Source: Meyerozyma guilliermondii
Taxonomy: Eukaryota
Direction of reading: 5' to 3'
Assembly: GCA_051546255.1 (NCBI GenBank)
Contig: CP128815.1
Span: 806,001-870,000, forward strand
Length of the DNA stretch: 64,000 nt
In this document: positions 49,825-59,417 of the stretch, one piece after another
Position numbering within the stretch: the stretch's first letter is position 1
Layout: every line of letters starts with the position of its first letter
The notes under the pieces: generated by a model
Database searches by the model: none
The model's input: the letters and a program-made list of their open reading frames with translations, nothing else
Told to the model about the DNA's origin: nothing
Position numbers and translations under genes: made by a program

Positions 49825-51309
49825 ATGGGGGACCGTGACACAGTTGGTTTGCAACGCAACGACGTATCGGATAATGTGGCCACTTCTCCGACCATCGCAA
49901 ATATTACTTCAACGGGTTCAGATCACAGTAAAACGATTTCAGAAGTAGATGACCAAGAGAAAAAGATCAATTATGACTCGGAAAAGCAAGTGATACCAGA
50001 AGAAAAGGAAGGTGGCTATGGATGGGTAATAGTGTTTGCTGTGTTTTTATTAAACTTCGCTACATGGGGTATGAACTCGGGATTTGCCGTTTACTTTTCG
50101 TATTATCTCAACAACAATACTTTCGCTGGAGCTTCCAGAATAGATTATAGTGTCATTGGTGGATGTGCCTTTGGAGTGGGTCTTTTTTTCGCTCCTATCA
50201 TCAATTACATTCAAGGCATCATTGGCATCAAATGGACTATTGTATTGGGAAATTGCTTACAATTTACAGCACTTATGCTTGCAAGTTGGTCCGTTAACTT
50301 ATGGCAACTTTATCTCACACAGGGAGTAATGCAAAGTTTTGGTTTAGCATTTATTTCGTTGCCTGGACTCACCATTCTTCCCCAATGGTTTAAGAAAAAG
50401 AGAACATTTGCTGGTGGATTGGCTACCGCAGGATCTGGTTGTGGAGGTATTGTGTTCAATTTAGGAATGCAGGCTGTTATCAGGAGCCGTACCGTATTCT
50501 GGGCATTGAGATGCCAAAGTATAATTGGGTTTGGTCTCGTATGGATCTCTATTTTATTGATCAAAGACAAGCATAAACATACCGGTCACATTCAATTCAC
50601 ATTTATCGACAAACAGGTGCTTAGAACATTTGGATTTTATGTTATGGCATTCTTTATCATCACTTGTATGTTTGGATATGTGGTGGTGCTCTATACTTTG
50701 GTCAATTTCACAACGTCTCTTGGTTACAGTGAGCACCAAGGTTCAATTGTTTCCGCCATGATTCAATTAGGATCTGTTGTGGGTCGTCCATTGATAGGAA
50801 TGGTGGCAGACAGAATTGGACCTATCACCATGCTTACGATCGTGTACTTGATTTCAGCAATATTTACACTTGCAATGTGGATTCCTGCCAGAAACTGGGC
50901 TACAATGCTTATCTACGGTTTGATCATGGGAAGCATCATGGGGTCTATTTATGGTGCTTGTGCTCCCATGGTGGCCCGAATTGTGGGATTGAAAAAGCTC
51001 AATGTTGCATTCTGTATGCTTTGGGTATGTCTTGGAGCATCAGGACTTGCATCGCCAGTTATTGGTGTGGGATTGGTTACTGGTAGTTCTGAAATCACTA
51101 GTCCTACACAATATTTGCATTGTACTATTTTCGCAGGTGTTTCATTCTTTGCCTGCTCCGCAAGTGTCCTTCTCTTGCGAGGCTACGTCATTGCCAGGGA
51201 CCGTCTCTCATCTCATATCGACTCAGATACTGGAGGCCATCTTGATGTCAGAGTTCCTCCAATGCAAGCTCTCAAATGCATGTTCATGTGGCCACAAAGA
51301 AGAGCATGA
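49825..51309 (+). CDS. MFS transporter of the monocarboxylate porter (MCH/Esbp6) family
   Basis: EGGYGWVIV, 12 TM helices, PQWFKKKR..A.G.ATAGSG.GG, GRP..G..ADRIG. ATG at 49825. Confidence 0.85.
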   Translation: MGDRDTVGLQRNDVSDNVATSPTIANITSTGSDHSKTISEVDDQEKKINYDSEKQVIPEEKEGGYGWVIVFAVFLLNFATWGMNSGFAVYFSYYLNNNTFAGASRIDYSVIGGCAFGVGLFFAPIINYIQGIIGIKWTIVLGNCLQFTALMLASWSVNLWQLYLTQGVMQSFGLAFISLPGLTILPQWFKKKRTFAGGLATAGSGCGGIVFNLGMQAVIRSRTVFWALRCQSIIGFGLVWISILLIKDKHKHTGHIQFTFIDKQVLRTFGFYVMAFFIITCMFGYVVVLYTLVNFTTSLGYSEHQGSIVSAMIQLGSVVGRPLIGMVADRIGPITMLTIVYLISAIFTLAMWIPARNWATMLIYGLIMGSIMGSIYGACAPMVARIVGLKKLNVAFCMLWVCLGASGLASPVIGVGLVTGSSEITSPTQYLHCTIFAGVSFFACSASVLLLRGYVIARDRLSSHIDSDTGGHLDVRVPPMQALKCMFMWPQRRA

Positions 51310-51496
51310 ACCTAATAGTCTATAACTAATATAAAAATTACCCTAAATTTCGGTTGCAATTCGTATAGTAATTCCTGCGAGTAGGCGTGCACCATTCCTC
51401 ATCGCAGGCTCACTAATCGCGATGAGCCGAATGCACAACATCTACAATTACGCTTACGAAAATTAACTTTCCAGCATATCCTAGCATAAAATAGCC

Positions 51497-53170
51497 ATGA
51501 ATGGTGGCCCACTAAAGCTCGAGGGCTCCGAAGATGTAATCGAGGTTGACATACTAGATGCCCATTCCGCCCATTCTTCGCCCAGTCCTACTCATTTGAT
51601 ATTGATTCAAGATAAAAATAACCACTATCCAGCCATAGAAAAGTTCATATCACACTTCAGCAACAGCAATGTATCACAAATAACCATGGAAGAACTCGAA
51701 TCGTCCTCGGGATCGTATAATAGAATGGATATTTGCATCGAGGTTTATGAAGGTTTTGAAAAGCACCTAGAAAAGCTTGTAAGTTTTATGATGAGCAATG
51801 GCTCATATATGGCTTCGTTTCCTAATATTGCATACCACATACATTACGACCCTTATTCGGACTGGTCTGAAGTCAAGGAGTCAAGCAAAAGCCTAATAAT
51901 GAGTGCCCTAAATACCCTTCGCTCGGTGGCTGGCAATAACGTTGTCCAAGCTTCAATTATACACAAATACAACAGCAGCACTGTTTTCATTACAGAAAAG
52001 GATCAACTAGAAGAATTGGGTCTGCAAATCCAAAATGACTTTCTGCAATTTCCAAAGCTTCATACTCTTGACTATCGAGAAAATGGTCTTCGGTTTTTTC
52101 CGGGCGTGAAATTTCCACTATCATTACAGACCCTCAATATCGGTGGTGGTGCTTCATTGGAGACCTTATCGGGGTTCAAATTACCTCCCAGCCTAAAGAC
52201 ATTGACCGTAGGATCGGGCTCAATGACAAACATTGACAACATTTCATTTCCCTCAACCTTGGAGAATTTGACTGTGATAGAAAACAAAATTTATTTCCTC
52301 GATTACGTTGATTTTCCACCATATCTTAAGCACCTTGATCTCTCCAGCAACAGGATCGAATCTTTACAGGACATTAATTTTCCACTTTACTTAAAGTCAC
52401 TCAACTTGTCATACAATCCAATTGAAAATATAAAGGGGGCCAAGTTTCCAGAAAAACTCGAGTACCTTGACATATCTCACATACCCAACGAATCCATGGC
52501 TGGAATACGATTGCCAGATCTGATTCTTAGCCTTAACCTACAGCGTTCCATGACCAACATACGAGGCCTTAAATTTCCGTATAACGTTAAAAACCTAAAC
52601 ATTGCTCACAATGGAGTGAACAGTGTAAACCCACTCAAGCTTCCAAATAGCATTGAAAACCTCCACTTGGGCTATAATAACATCAAAACTTTAAACAAGG
52701 TTCAGTTCCCTACCTCACTCAAAACTCTTTACGTTGGAAACAATTTAATCACTACATTGAAAAACGTCCAGTTTCCCTACACATTAGAAGTTTTAGACTT
52801 TGATAATGATGCCTTCCGCGAGGAGCAAGACAAATGTTTAACATCGTTGAAAGATGTTGTATTTCCACCAAATTTAAGAGTCTTAAAATTGGGACATCAT
52901 GCCATAAAAAGTGTCGAGGGAATCGATATGCCTGCAAACTTGACATGGTTGAGCCTAGCACACAATGGACTAAAAACCATACGAAATGTAACTTTTGGAA
53001 ACAAGCTCAAAGTGTTGGATTTAAGAGGAAATCTCGAACTTTATAATATTGATCAATTGCAAATACCAGAAAGCGTGGTAGACCTTCGAATTCCTGCGCA
53101 ATTGATATCGTACTTGCCTGCCTACATTATCGATCGAGCCAATAAGGGACAACTTACGTTGAGCAAATAG
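51497..53170 (+). CDS. Leucine-rich-repeat protein with about 16 ~22-aa repeats (F/LP.SL..L.L..N.I..L..V)
   Basis: Regular repeats such as FPPYLKHLDLSSNRIESLQDIN, FPLYLKSLNLSYNPIENIKGAK and LPNSIENLHLGYNNIKTLNKVQ. No signal peptide or TM helix. Confidence 0.8.
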   Translation: MNGGPLKLEGSEDVIEVDILDAHSAHSSPSPTHLILIQDKNNHYPAIEKFISHFSNSNVSQITMEELESSSGSYNRMDICIEVYEGFEKHLEKLVSFMMSNGSYMASFPNIAYHIHYDPYSDWSEVKESSKSLIMSALNTLRSVAGNNVVQASIIHKYNSSTVFITEKDQLEELGLQIQNDFLQFPKLHTLDYRENGLRFFPGVKFPLSLQTLNIGGGASLETLSGFKLPPSLKTLTVGSGSMTNIDNISFPSTLENLTVIENKIYFLDYVDFPPYLKHLDLSSNRIESLQDINFPLYLKSLNLSYNPIENIKGAKFPEKLEYLDISHIPNESMAGIRLPDLILSLNLQRSMTNIRGLKFPYNVKNLNIAHNGVNSVNPLKLPNSIENLHLGYNNIKTLNKVQFPTSLKTLYVGNNLITTLKNVQFPYTLEVLDFDNDAFREEQDKCLTSLKDVVFPPNLRVLKLGHHAIKSVEGIDMPANLTWLSLAHNGLKTIRNVTFGNKLKVLDLRGNLELYNIDQLQIPESVVDLRIPAQLISYLPAYIIDRANKGQLTLSK

Positions 53171-53216
53171 AGTAGTTTATTTATACATACGAGGAATTAA
53201 TGAATTATGGGGCATA

Positions 53217-54122
53217 TTACTCTTCATCATCTTCTTCGTCCGAAGAAATCTTATCTTCCTCCTCTTTACGATCCAATAATGCCTGTAATTGAGCGTCTTC
53301 AGTAGCAGTGACAGCTTTTGGAGCCATGTTAACTTTACAATTACCTCCAAATGATTCGATGCTCTTGGTTACGTTTTCAATGGCCTTTTCCAATAATGCA
53401 ATTCCCTGGTTCTTGTCGTAAGCTTCGAGAGATATAAAGTACAAGGGAGCAGCCACCAATTTGGCCTTCACTTGCATTTGGTCGGTACTGACTTCTTCTG
53501 CGGTCTTCAATGCTTTTTTAATGGCATCGATACCATCGTAACTGAAGCATGAAACTTCCACATCAGCTCTAATTTGTATACGTTGAGGGGTCAATCTTCT
53601 CGAAATGTACAACTTCAACTCATCCAACACTTCTGGTGAAGGTGCTTTTATGTCATCGAAAATAGAGTCATCGGCAATAGATAACTTATATGCATCATAA
53701 GCATGACCATATTTTTTACTCAATGGCCAGCAAACACTTTGGTACAATTGCTCCAAGGGAAGGTTGAATTTCTCGGCACAGTGCTTCAAGATTGAATGTA
53801 CTGCTCTTGACTTATTGTAACGCTCATCACACTTGACGATATCATCGGCGGAAACCGCTCTTTTGGACAAATCAATGTATCCCTTTTCCTTGTCCATTCT
53901 CAACACAACGGCAACCTCATTTTTACCTACACGAATCAATTTTTGAATCGAACGAATACGCCTTCTGGATAATTCCGACAACAAAACCATACCTTCAATG
54001 TTGTCATATTCCAACAATTTTACATATGCTCCCATCTCTGCAATCTCTTGGACATTCACCATGACCACTTCCCCGACTTCGGGATAGCGGTTCTCATAAA
54101 ATCGACAACTAGATGAACTCAT
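53217..54122 (-). CDS. SUI2: Translation initiation factor eIF2 alpha
   Basis: CRFYEN.YPE and the Ser51 loop LLSELSRRRIRSIQK. ATG at 54122. Confidence 0.96.
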   Translation of the reverse strand: MSSSSCRFYENRYPEVGEVVMVNVQEIAEMGAYVKLLEYDNIEGMVLLSELSRRRIRSIQKLIRVGKNEVAVVLRMDKEKGYIDLSKRAVSADDIVKCDERYNKSRAVHSILKHCAEKFNLPLEQLYQSVCWPLSKKYGHAYDAYKLSIADDSIFDDIKAPSPEVLDELKLYISRRLTPQRIQIRADVEVSCFSYDGIDAIKKALKTAEEVSTDQMQVKAKLVAAPLYFISLEAYDKNQGIALLEKAIENVTKSIESFGGNCKVNMAPKAVTATEDAQLQALLDRKEEEDKISSDEEDDEE

Positions 54123-54265
54123 GATTACAGATGGAAAAACCAGTGAAGAAAATGTGATTTTTTTTTCACGGATCCGATGACGTAACTTCGTCGGCTGGCT
54201 GACATAATCACCTACTTTGTGGTTGCACGTTTGCGTCGAAATGGGTGCAAAAACCACCGAAAGGT

Positions 54266-55391
54266 ATGATCATAAAACGAAATCGGGAAGGTTCCAAGAC
54301 GTCAGAAACGTTTGCTGATGAAAAGTTCGTAGTAGATTCACGATATAGAATTCTTAAACTTTTAGGAAAGGGTACTTATGGAACTGTGGTGTCTGCGCTC
54401 GACACTAAAGGTTCACGAGAAGATGGTATACCGGTTGCCATAAAGAAAGTTACGAGGATTTGGAATCACGAGGTTTTACTTCTACGAACTATAAGAGAAG
54501 TCAAGTTGATGAAGCACTTTCGTGGTCATCGAAATGTAAGTACATTTGTACATACCATGAGATTTTACTAACCTTCAGATTGTGAACCTTATCCATTTAG
54601 AACTTCTGCACCAAGAGTCTGATGGATTATACTGTGTGCAGAGTTTAGCCGAGTATGATTTGGCTCAGGTTTTATACTCGTCGGCGCAATTTTCTGAGTT
54701 TCACATCAGAGACTTTTTCTACCAAATTCTCTGTGGGTTACTCTACATCCATTCGGCCAATGTTATTCACCGTGATTTGAAACCGGGAAATATCCTTGTT
54801 TCGACGACAGGGATTCTCAAAATTGGTGATTTTGGTCTCGCTCGAGGCATTCATGGAGAAAACACTGGAAGAAGACACTCAATTACAAATTATGTAGCCA
54901 CCAGATGGTACCGTGCTCCGGAGATTATGTTGTCCAAGGGACGGTATTCAAAAGCGGTGGATATATGGGCCGCCGGTTGCATTTTTTCCGAGTTTTATGG
55001 ACGGCGTCCGCTTTTCCTTAGTCGGGATAGTCTTCAACAGCTCCATGAAATTGAAAAGAAACTAGGTACTCCACTGCGATCGATTCAGGTGAGATACAAT
55101 TGGCAGGGTTTCAAAGGAAATTGCTACACGGGAACGGACTTTAAAGTTCTTTTCCCATTTGCCCACAATGGAGCCATTGAGATTATGGATAAAGTTTTGG
55201 AATGGGATCCATCAACGAGATGGACTGTTGAAAGAGTATTGAAACACCAATTTTTCAACCCAGTCCGTCACCCTGCTAGCGAGATCAAGTGTTCAAAGTT
55301 GTTCGACTTTACGTTCGAGAACAGTCATCCTTCGCTACGTCAACTTAAAACCCTTCTCGAGCTGGAAGTAGGTAATTTCAATCGTTCTTGA
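54266..55391 (+). CDS. SMK1: MAP kinase with TNY activation loop (Smk1/Csk1-like); two exons (54266-54535, 54579-55391)
   Basis: [36 protein letters not shown] phase-0 intron joins the two ORF-track fragments (GHRN|IVNL). Confidence 0.8.
54536..54578 (+). other. Spliceosomal intron (43 nt) in the MAPK gene
   Basis: GTAAGT donor, perfect TACTAAC branch site at 54566-54572, CAG acceptor. Confidence 0.9.
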
Positions 55392-55651
55392 ACTATAGTT
55401 TCGCACCCGCGCCAGTAGTGCATCGGGTTTTCCCCGCCGCTACCGACGCAGTCCGCGGCACGCGCCAGCGCGGTGGGTAAAATACCCCATTATTTTCGGG
55501 AATTCGCACTATTTTCCTGCGGAGGTCTCCACACTTTGCATCCGAGGTTCTTCAAATGAATTGACGTATCTAGCCAGATTCGGATGCAAGGAATTGGCGT
55601 TTATAGTATAAATATGCGCGATCGTATTACAAGATCTGCCAAGAGCTAAAA

Positions 55652-56056
55652 ATGTCGTTCACAAGCCCAGACGTAGAAATTGTCAAGTTTGTTACCAAAG
55701 TCGAAGGTATCGATGAGGTTATTGAGACCCCAGTATCTGGTGCCGATAAGGTGTCAGTGAAGATTCCTGAGAGCTCGAATTACGTTATGACGATCCATTT
55801 CAAGGCCAAAACTGACTTGAAGGATTTCCGTTACAAGCAAGTGGTTAAGCGTAAGGGAATTACCGTTAAAAATAGAGAGGTGGAAATTGGCGACTACGCT
55901 GCCAGCGACGAAGTTTACCTGAAGGAATTCCCTCAAGATAGTACACCTGGAGGATTTTTGATCCGTGGTGTGTACAATGCCAAGTCCAACTACCAGGCCA
56001 ATGGCAAAGACATTTTGATTGTGGAATGGGAATTGGAGATTGTTTCCAAGGCCTAG
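55652..56056 (+). CDS. Rho GDP-dissociation-inhibitor-like protein, Ig-like domain only
   Basis: KIPE.S.Y.M.I.F...FRYKQVVKRKGI.V...IGDYA...TPGGFLIRGVY.AKS...W.LEI. TATA at about 55607 and a good AAAATG context. Confidence 0.75.
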   Translation: MSFTSPDVEIVKFVTKVEGIDEVIETPVSGADKVSVKIPESSNYVMTIHFKAKTDLKDFRYKQVVKRKGITVKNREVEIGDYAASDEVYLKEFPQDSTPGGFLIRGVYNAKSNYQANGKDILIVEWELEIVSKA

Positions 56057-56158
56057 GTATTTATTGACAGATATTGTAAGAATTTATGCACGACTGCCTG
56101 TTTTCCTGTATACCATTTTCGCACCGATCTCAACCCCATACTAGTTTCAGTCCGTGTT

Positions 56159-57145
56159 ATGTCAGTTAGACCAGCAACCCATGCTGGCTCATGGTACTCA
56201 GCCAACAACGCCTCCCTAGCGTCTCAAATGGAAAGGTTCATTTCCAAGGCTCAAAATAATCTAAAAAAATCTCATGGTGGTCCCCATGTGCCAGGAGCTC
56301 GAGTACTAATTGGCCCCCATGCTGGGTACACGTACTCTGGCACTCAACTTGCGGAAACTTATGAAGCGTGGGACACCACTGGGGTCAAACGTGTGTTTAT
56401 TTTGGGTCCTTCGCATCATGTCTACTTTTCCTCCACCGCAAAAGTGTCTAAATTTGACTCATATCAAACTCCATTTGGAAACTTGGATGTGGACACAAAA
56501 GTATGCTCAGAGTTGGTGGACAAAGGAGCATTCTCGTATATGACAGAAGAAGAAGACGAAAACGAACATTCGTTTGAAATGCATGCACCTTTCATCCGTT
56601 ATAAGACTAAGGATCTACCCCATGGGAGCCCCAAAATCGTTCCAATAATGATCAGTGCTATGAATGAACGTCTTTACAACAAGATAGTGAAGGCTTTAGA
56701 ACCTTATTTTGCCGATAAGTCAAATACTTTTGCCGTGAGTTCGGACTTTTGTCATTGGGGAGCTCGCTTTGGCTACACCAAGTATCTTCAAAAGATACCT
56801 GATTCCGAAGGAATAACCTCACAAAGTTTGGTTTCTCTTAAATCTTCGAGCCAGCTCGTCCAGAGCATTCCCATTCACCGCTCGATAGAAATATTAGACA
56901 AAGAAGCCATGAAGATTGCTTCAAAGGGTACTCATACCGATTGGAATCGCTATATCGACGAAACACAAAACACCATTTGTGGTCAAAAACCAATCTCTGT
57001 GGTTTTGCGGCTTCTTGACAATTCAGGTGCACATCCTGGATTTTCCTGGATCGGTTACTCTCAAAGTGGTGAGGTGACAAGCCCCACTGAGAGCAGCGTC
57101 AGTTACGCTTCGGGATACGTAGCGCTCCCAATTACGACTCAATGA
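56159..57145 (+). CDS. MHO1: MEMO1-family protein
   Basis: RPATHAGSWY, PHAGY.YSG, LGPSHH, EHSFEMH, SSDFCHWG, NTICG, SSVSY. Confidence 0.92.
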   Translation: MSVRPATHAGSWYSANNASLASQMERFISKAQNNLKKSHGGPHVPGARVLIGPHAGYTYSGTQLAETYEAWDTTGVKRVFILGPSHHVYFSSTAKVSKFDSYQTPFGNLDVDTKVCSELVDKGAFSYMTEEEDENEHSFEMHAPFIRYKTKDLPHGSPKIVPIMISAMNERLYNKIVKALEPYFADKSNTFAVSSDFCHWGARFGYTKYLQKIPDSEGITSQSLVSLKSSSQLVQSIPIHRSIEILDKEAMKIASKGTHTDWNRYIDETQNTICGQKPISVVLRLLDNSGAHPGFSWIGYSQSGEVTSPTESSVSYASGYVALPITTQ

Positions 57146-57295
57146 TATATGACAACATAACGAGAAACTTCAATTTTAGTCAAAGTAGTTTTTGTTACTC
57201 ATCTTTACTTCCCTCTACTTCACTTATTCTCTGGCTCTTCTCTCCACCCGTGCACCAGTTATCTATCTAAATTTCAAAGTTGACCCACACGCGAC

Positions 57296-59344
57296 ATGGG
57301 TGACAGCAAGCTTTTTGCCCGGTCCAAGTCATCTGAGCTCCGAGCGGAACTCGAGCAAGCATTCAAGAAATCAAAACCACAAAGTAGAGTCAAAATTGTT
57401 CTCAAAAAAATCATTGCAAATGTGGTGTTAAACAATCCAGAGACTGCAAACATGATGTCCGATGTGATCCGGCTTATGCGAACAGACGATATAGAAATCC
57501 GGAAAATGTGCTTACAATACTTGACAGCCTACGCCAGTGTCAAACCAAAACAGGCACAGGAAGCCATTGCGTTTCTCTCTCGTTTTAGAGATGAATCTGA
57601 TGCCACTTTACGAGCACTTTCCATTCGGACCATGTCTTCAATTCCCACCAAGGACTTTGTAGATCTCACCTCACAGAGCTTACGAGCTGCACTTGCGGAT
57701 CCTGCTCCTCACGTTCGCCGGGAAGCCGCATTTGCCGTATCAAGACTTTATCAGCATGATCCAGAATTAACCACTTCAATGAACTTTCTCGATGGTCTAA
57801 ATGACCTTTTACATGATCCCAATACAAATGTGGTCACCAATGCATTGGCTGCCTTGAGTTTTATTACAGAACAGGGAAAAACACTTTCTTTATCAATTGA
57901 TCGTAATCATACGTTAACGTTGATTCTGCTATTGGGAAAATCAAATGAGTGGTCTCAGGTGTACATTTTAAACTCACTCATGTCATACGTCCCCCAAACA
58001 GAAGAGGAGGCTCTCGAACTTATAGAATTGATCATTCCTTCTTTGCAACACGAGAACCCAGGAGTGGCTCTCAATGCTATCAAAATCATCGTGTACCTCA
58101 CCAACTATGTCAGGTCCCCAGAGTTGGTGATACCGAGTTTGCCCACCAAACTTGGATCGGCCCTCTCTTCATTATTGGCAAATCCACCAGAAATTCAGTT
58201 CCTAGTTTTGCGGAATGTGATTCTTCTTCTCTTAGGAAGACAGCAACTAGTAAAGTTTGATGTGGAAAAATTCTTTTGTCTCTATGACGATCAAATCTAC
58301 GTCAAGGATACAAAACTAGAGATCATATACTTATTGGCCAATGAGGATAACGTCTCATTGGTGTTACAAGAATTAGAGGAGTACGCAACAGAAGTTGACG
58401 TTGCAATGGCCCGCAAAGCCATACGAGCATTTGGAAACTTGGCAATTAAACTAAGCAGCGCAGCAGATGAGTGTGTCAATATCATTTGCAACTTGGTTTC
58501 AAATGGCGTCCCCTATGTGGTCCAGGAAGCGGTCTCAGTAATGAAGAATATTTTAAGGCGATACCCTAACAGATTTGACTTTGCAATCGACGATATAGTC
58601 CGACATCATAAGCTTATAGATGAGCCTGATGCCAAAACTGCATTGATCTGGATCTTGGGCCAATATTGTACCAAGATCAAAAATGTTGGCTCTATATTCG
58701 AGCAGGTTCTTACACATTACACTGAAGATCCTGTAGAAGTCCAGTACGCTTTCTTGACTGCTGCTGCCAAATTATACCTTTGCGAAGTCGACAAAGGAGA
58801 AAAAATTCTTCTCTCGGTACTCAAATGGGCAACCGAAGAATCCAATAACCCCGATATTAGAGAGAGGGGTTTCTTTTATTGGCGATTGCTCACCGCAGAC
58901 ACTTCACTGGATGAAGAGAACTTCCAAAAACATACGAAGCAGATTCTTCTCAATCCAAACCCATCCATCTCCTACGATAATGAGAATATCGACCCTTCGA
59001 TTCTAGAGGAGTTGGAGCTCAATATTGGGTCTTTGGCCTCTATATATTTGAAGCCTGTTCAGCATGTATTTCGCATGGCTAAAGTAAAGCAATTGCAACC
59101 AAGTCCAGCTTTACAACAAAGGTCCTCAAATACGCCCACGCCAGTGCAAAGTACGTCAAGCACAAAGTCCACCAATTCTAGCTCTAAGAAGGTTGATCCC
59201 ATCATGCGAAAAGTGCGCTCCATGAACTTGCAGCAACCATTACCAAACAAACCTGATTCACAGGACCATGAAAGCACAAACTTTGCAAAGAAATTATCTC
59301 GAAGGGCATCGATTTTATCATCCCTCAAAGTCAATAAACGCTAG
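57296..59344 (+). CDS. APL1: AP-2 adaptor complex beta subunit
   Basis: Adaptin N-terminal HEAT trunk (LRALSIRTM, YVKDTKLEIIY, ELEEYATEVDV, NPDIRERGFFYWRLL). Confidence 0.85.
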   Translation: MGDSKLFARSKSSELRAELEQAFKKSKPQSRVKIVLKKIIANVVLNNPETANMMSDVIRLMRTDDIEIRKMCLQYLTAYASVKPKQAQEAIAFLSRFRDESDATLRALSIRTMSSIPTKDFVDLTSQSLRAALADPAPHVRREAAFAVSRLYQHDPELTTSMNFLDGLNDLLHDPNTNVVTNALAALSFITEQGKTLSLSIDRNHTLTLILLLGKSNEWSQVYILNSLMSYVPQTEEEALELIELIIPSLQHENPGVALNAIKIIVYLTNYVRSPELVIPSLPTKLGSALSSLLANPPEIQFLVLRNVILLLLGRQQLVKFDVEKFFCLYDDQIYVKDTKLEIIYLLANEDNVSLVLQELEEYATEVDVAMARKAIRAFGNLAIKLSSAADECVNIICNLVSNGVPYVVQEAVSVMKNILRRYPNRFDFAIDDIVRHHKLIDEPDAKTALIWILGQYCTKIKNVGSIFEQVLTHYTEDPVEVQYAFLTAAAKLYLCEVDKGEKILLSVLKWATEESNNPDIRERGFFYWRLLTADTSLDEENFQKHTKQILLNPNPSISYDNENIDPSILEELELNIGSLASIYLKPVQHVFRMAKVKQLQPSPALQQRSSNTPTPVQSTSSTKSTNSSSKKVDPIMRKVRSMNLQQPLPNKPDSQDHESTNFAKKLSRRASILSSLKVNKR

Positions 59345-59417
59345 GTACCAAGCAAAGACAATCATCATAGGCATTAGGTATTATATTTATAGCTAGTTGT
59401 GTCCGTATACACATTTT

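Noticed and set aside
54245..55391. MAP kinase split into two ORFs, suggesting a frameshifted pseudogene
   Set aside because: A canonical 43-nt intron restores an intact kinase.
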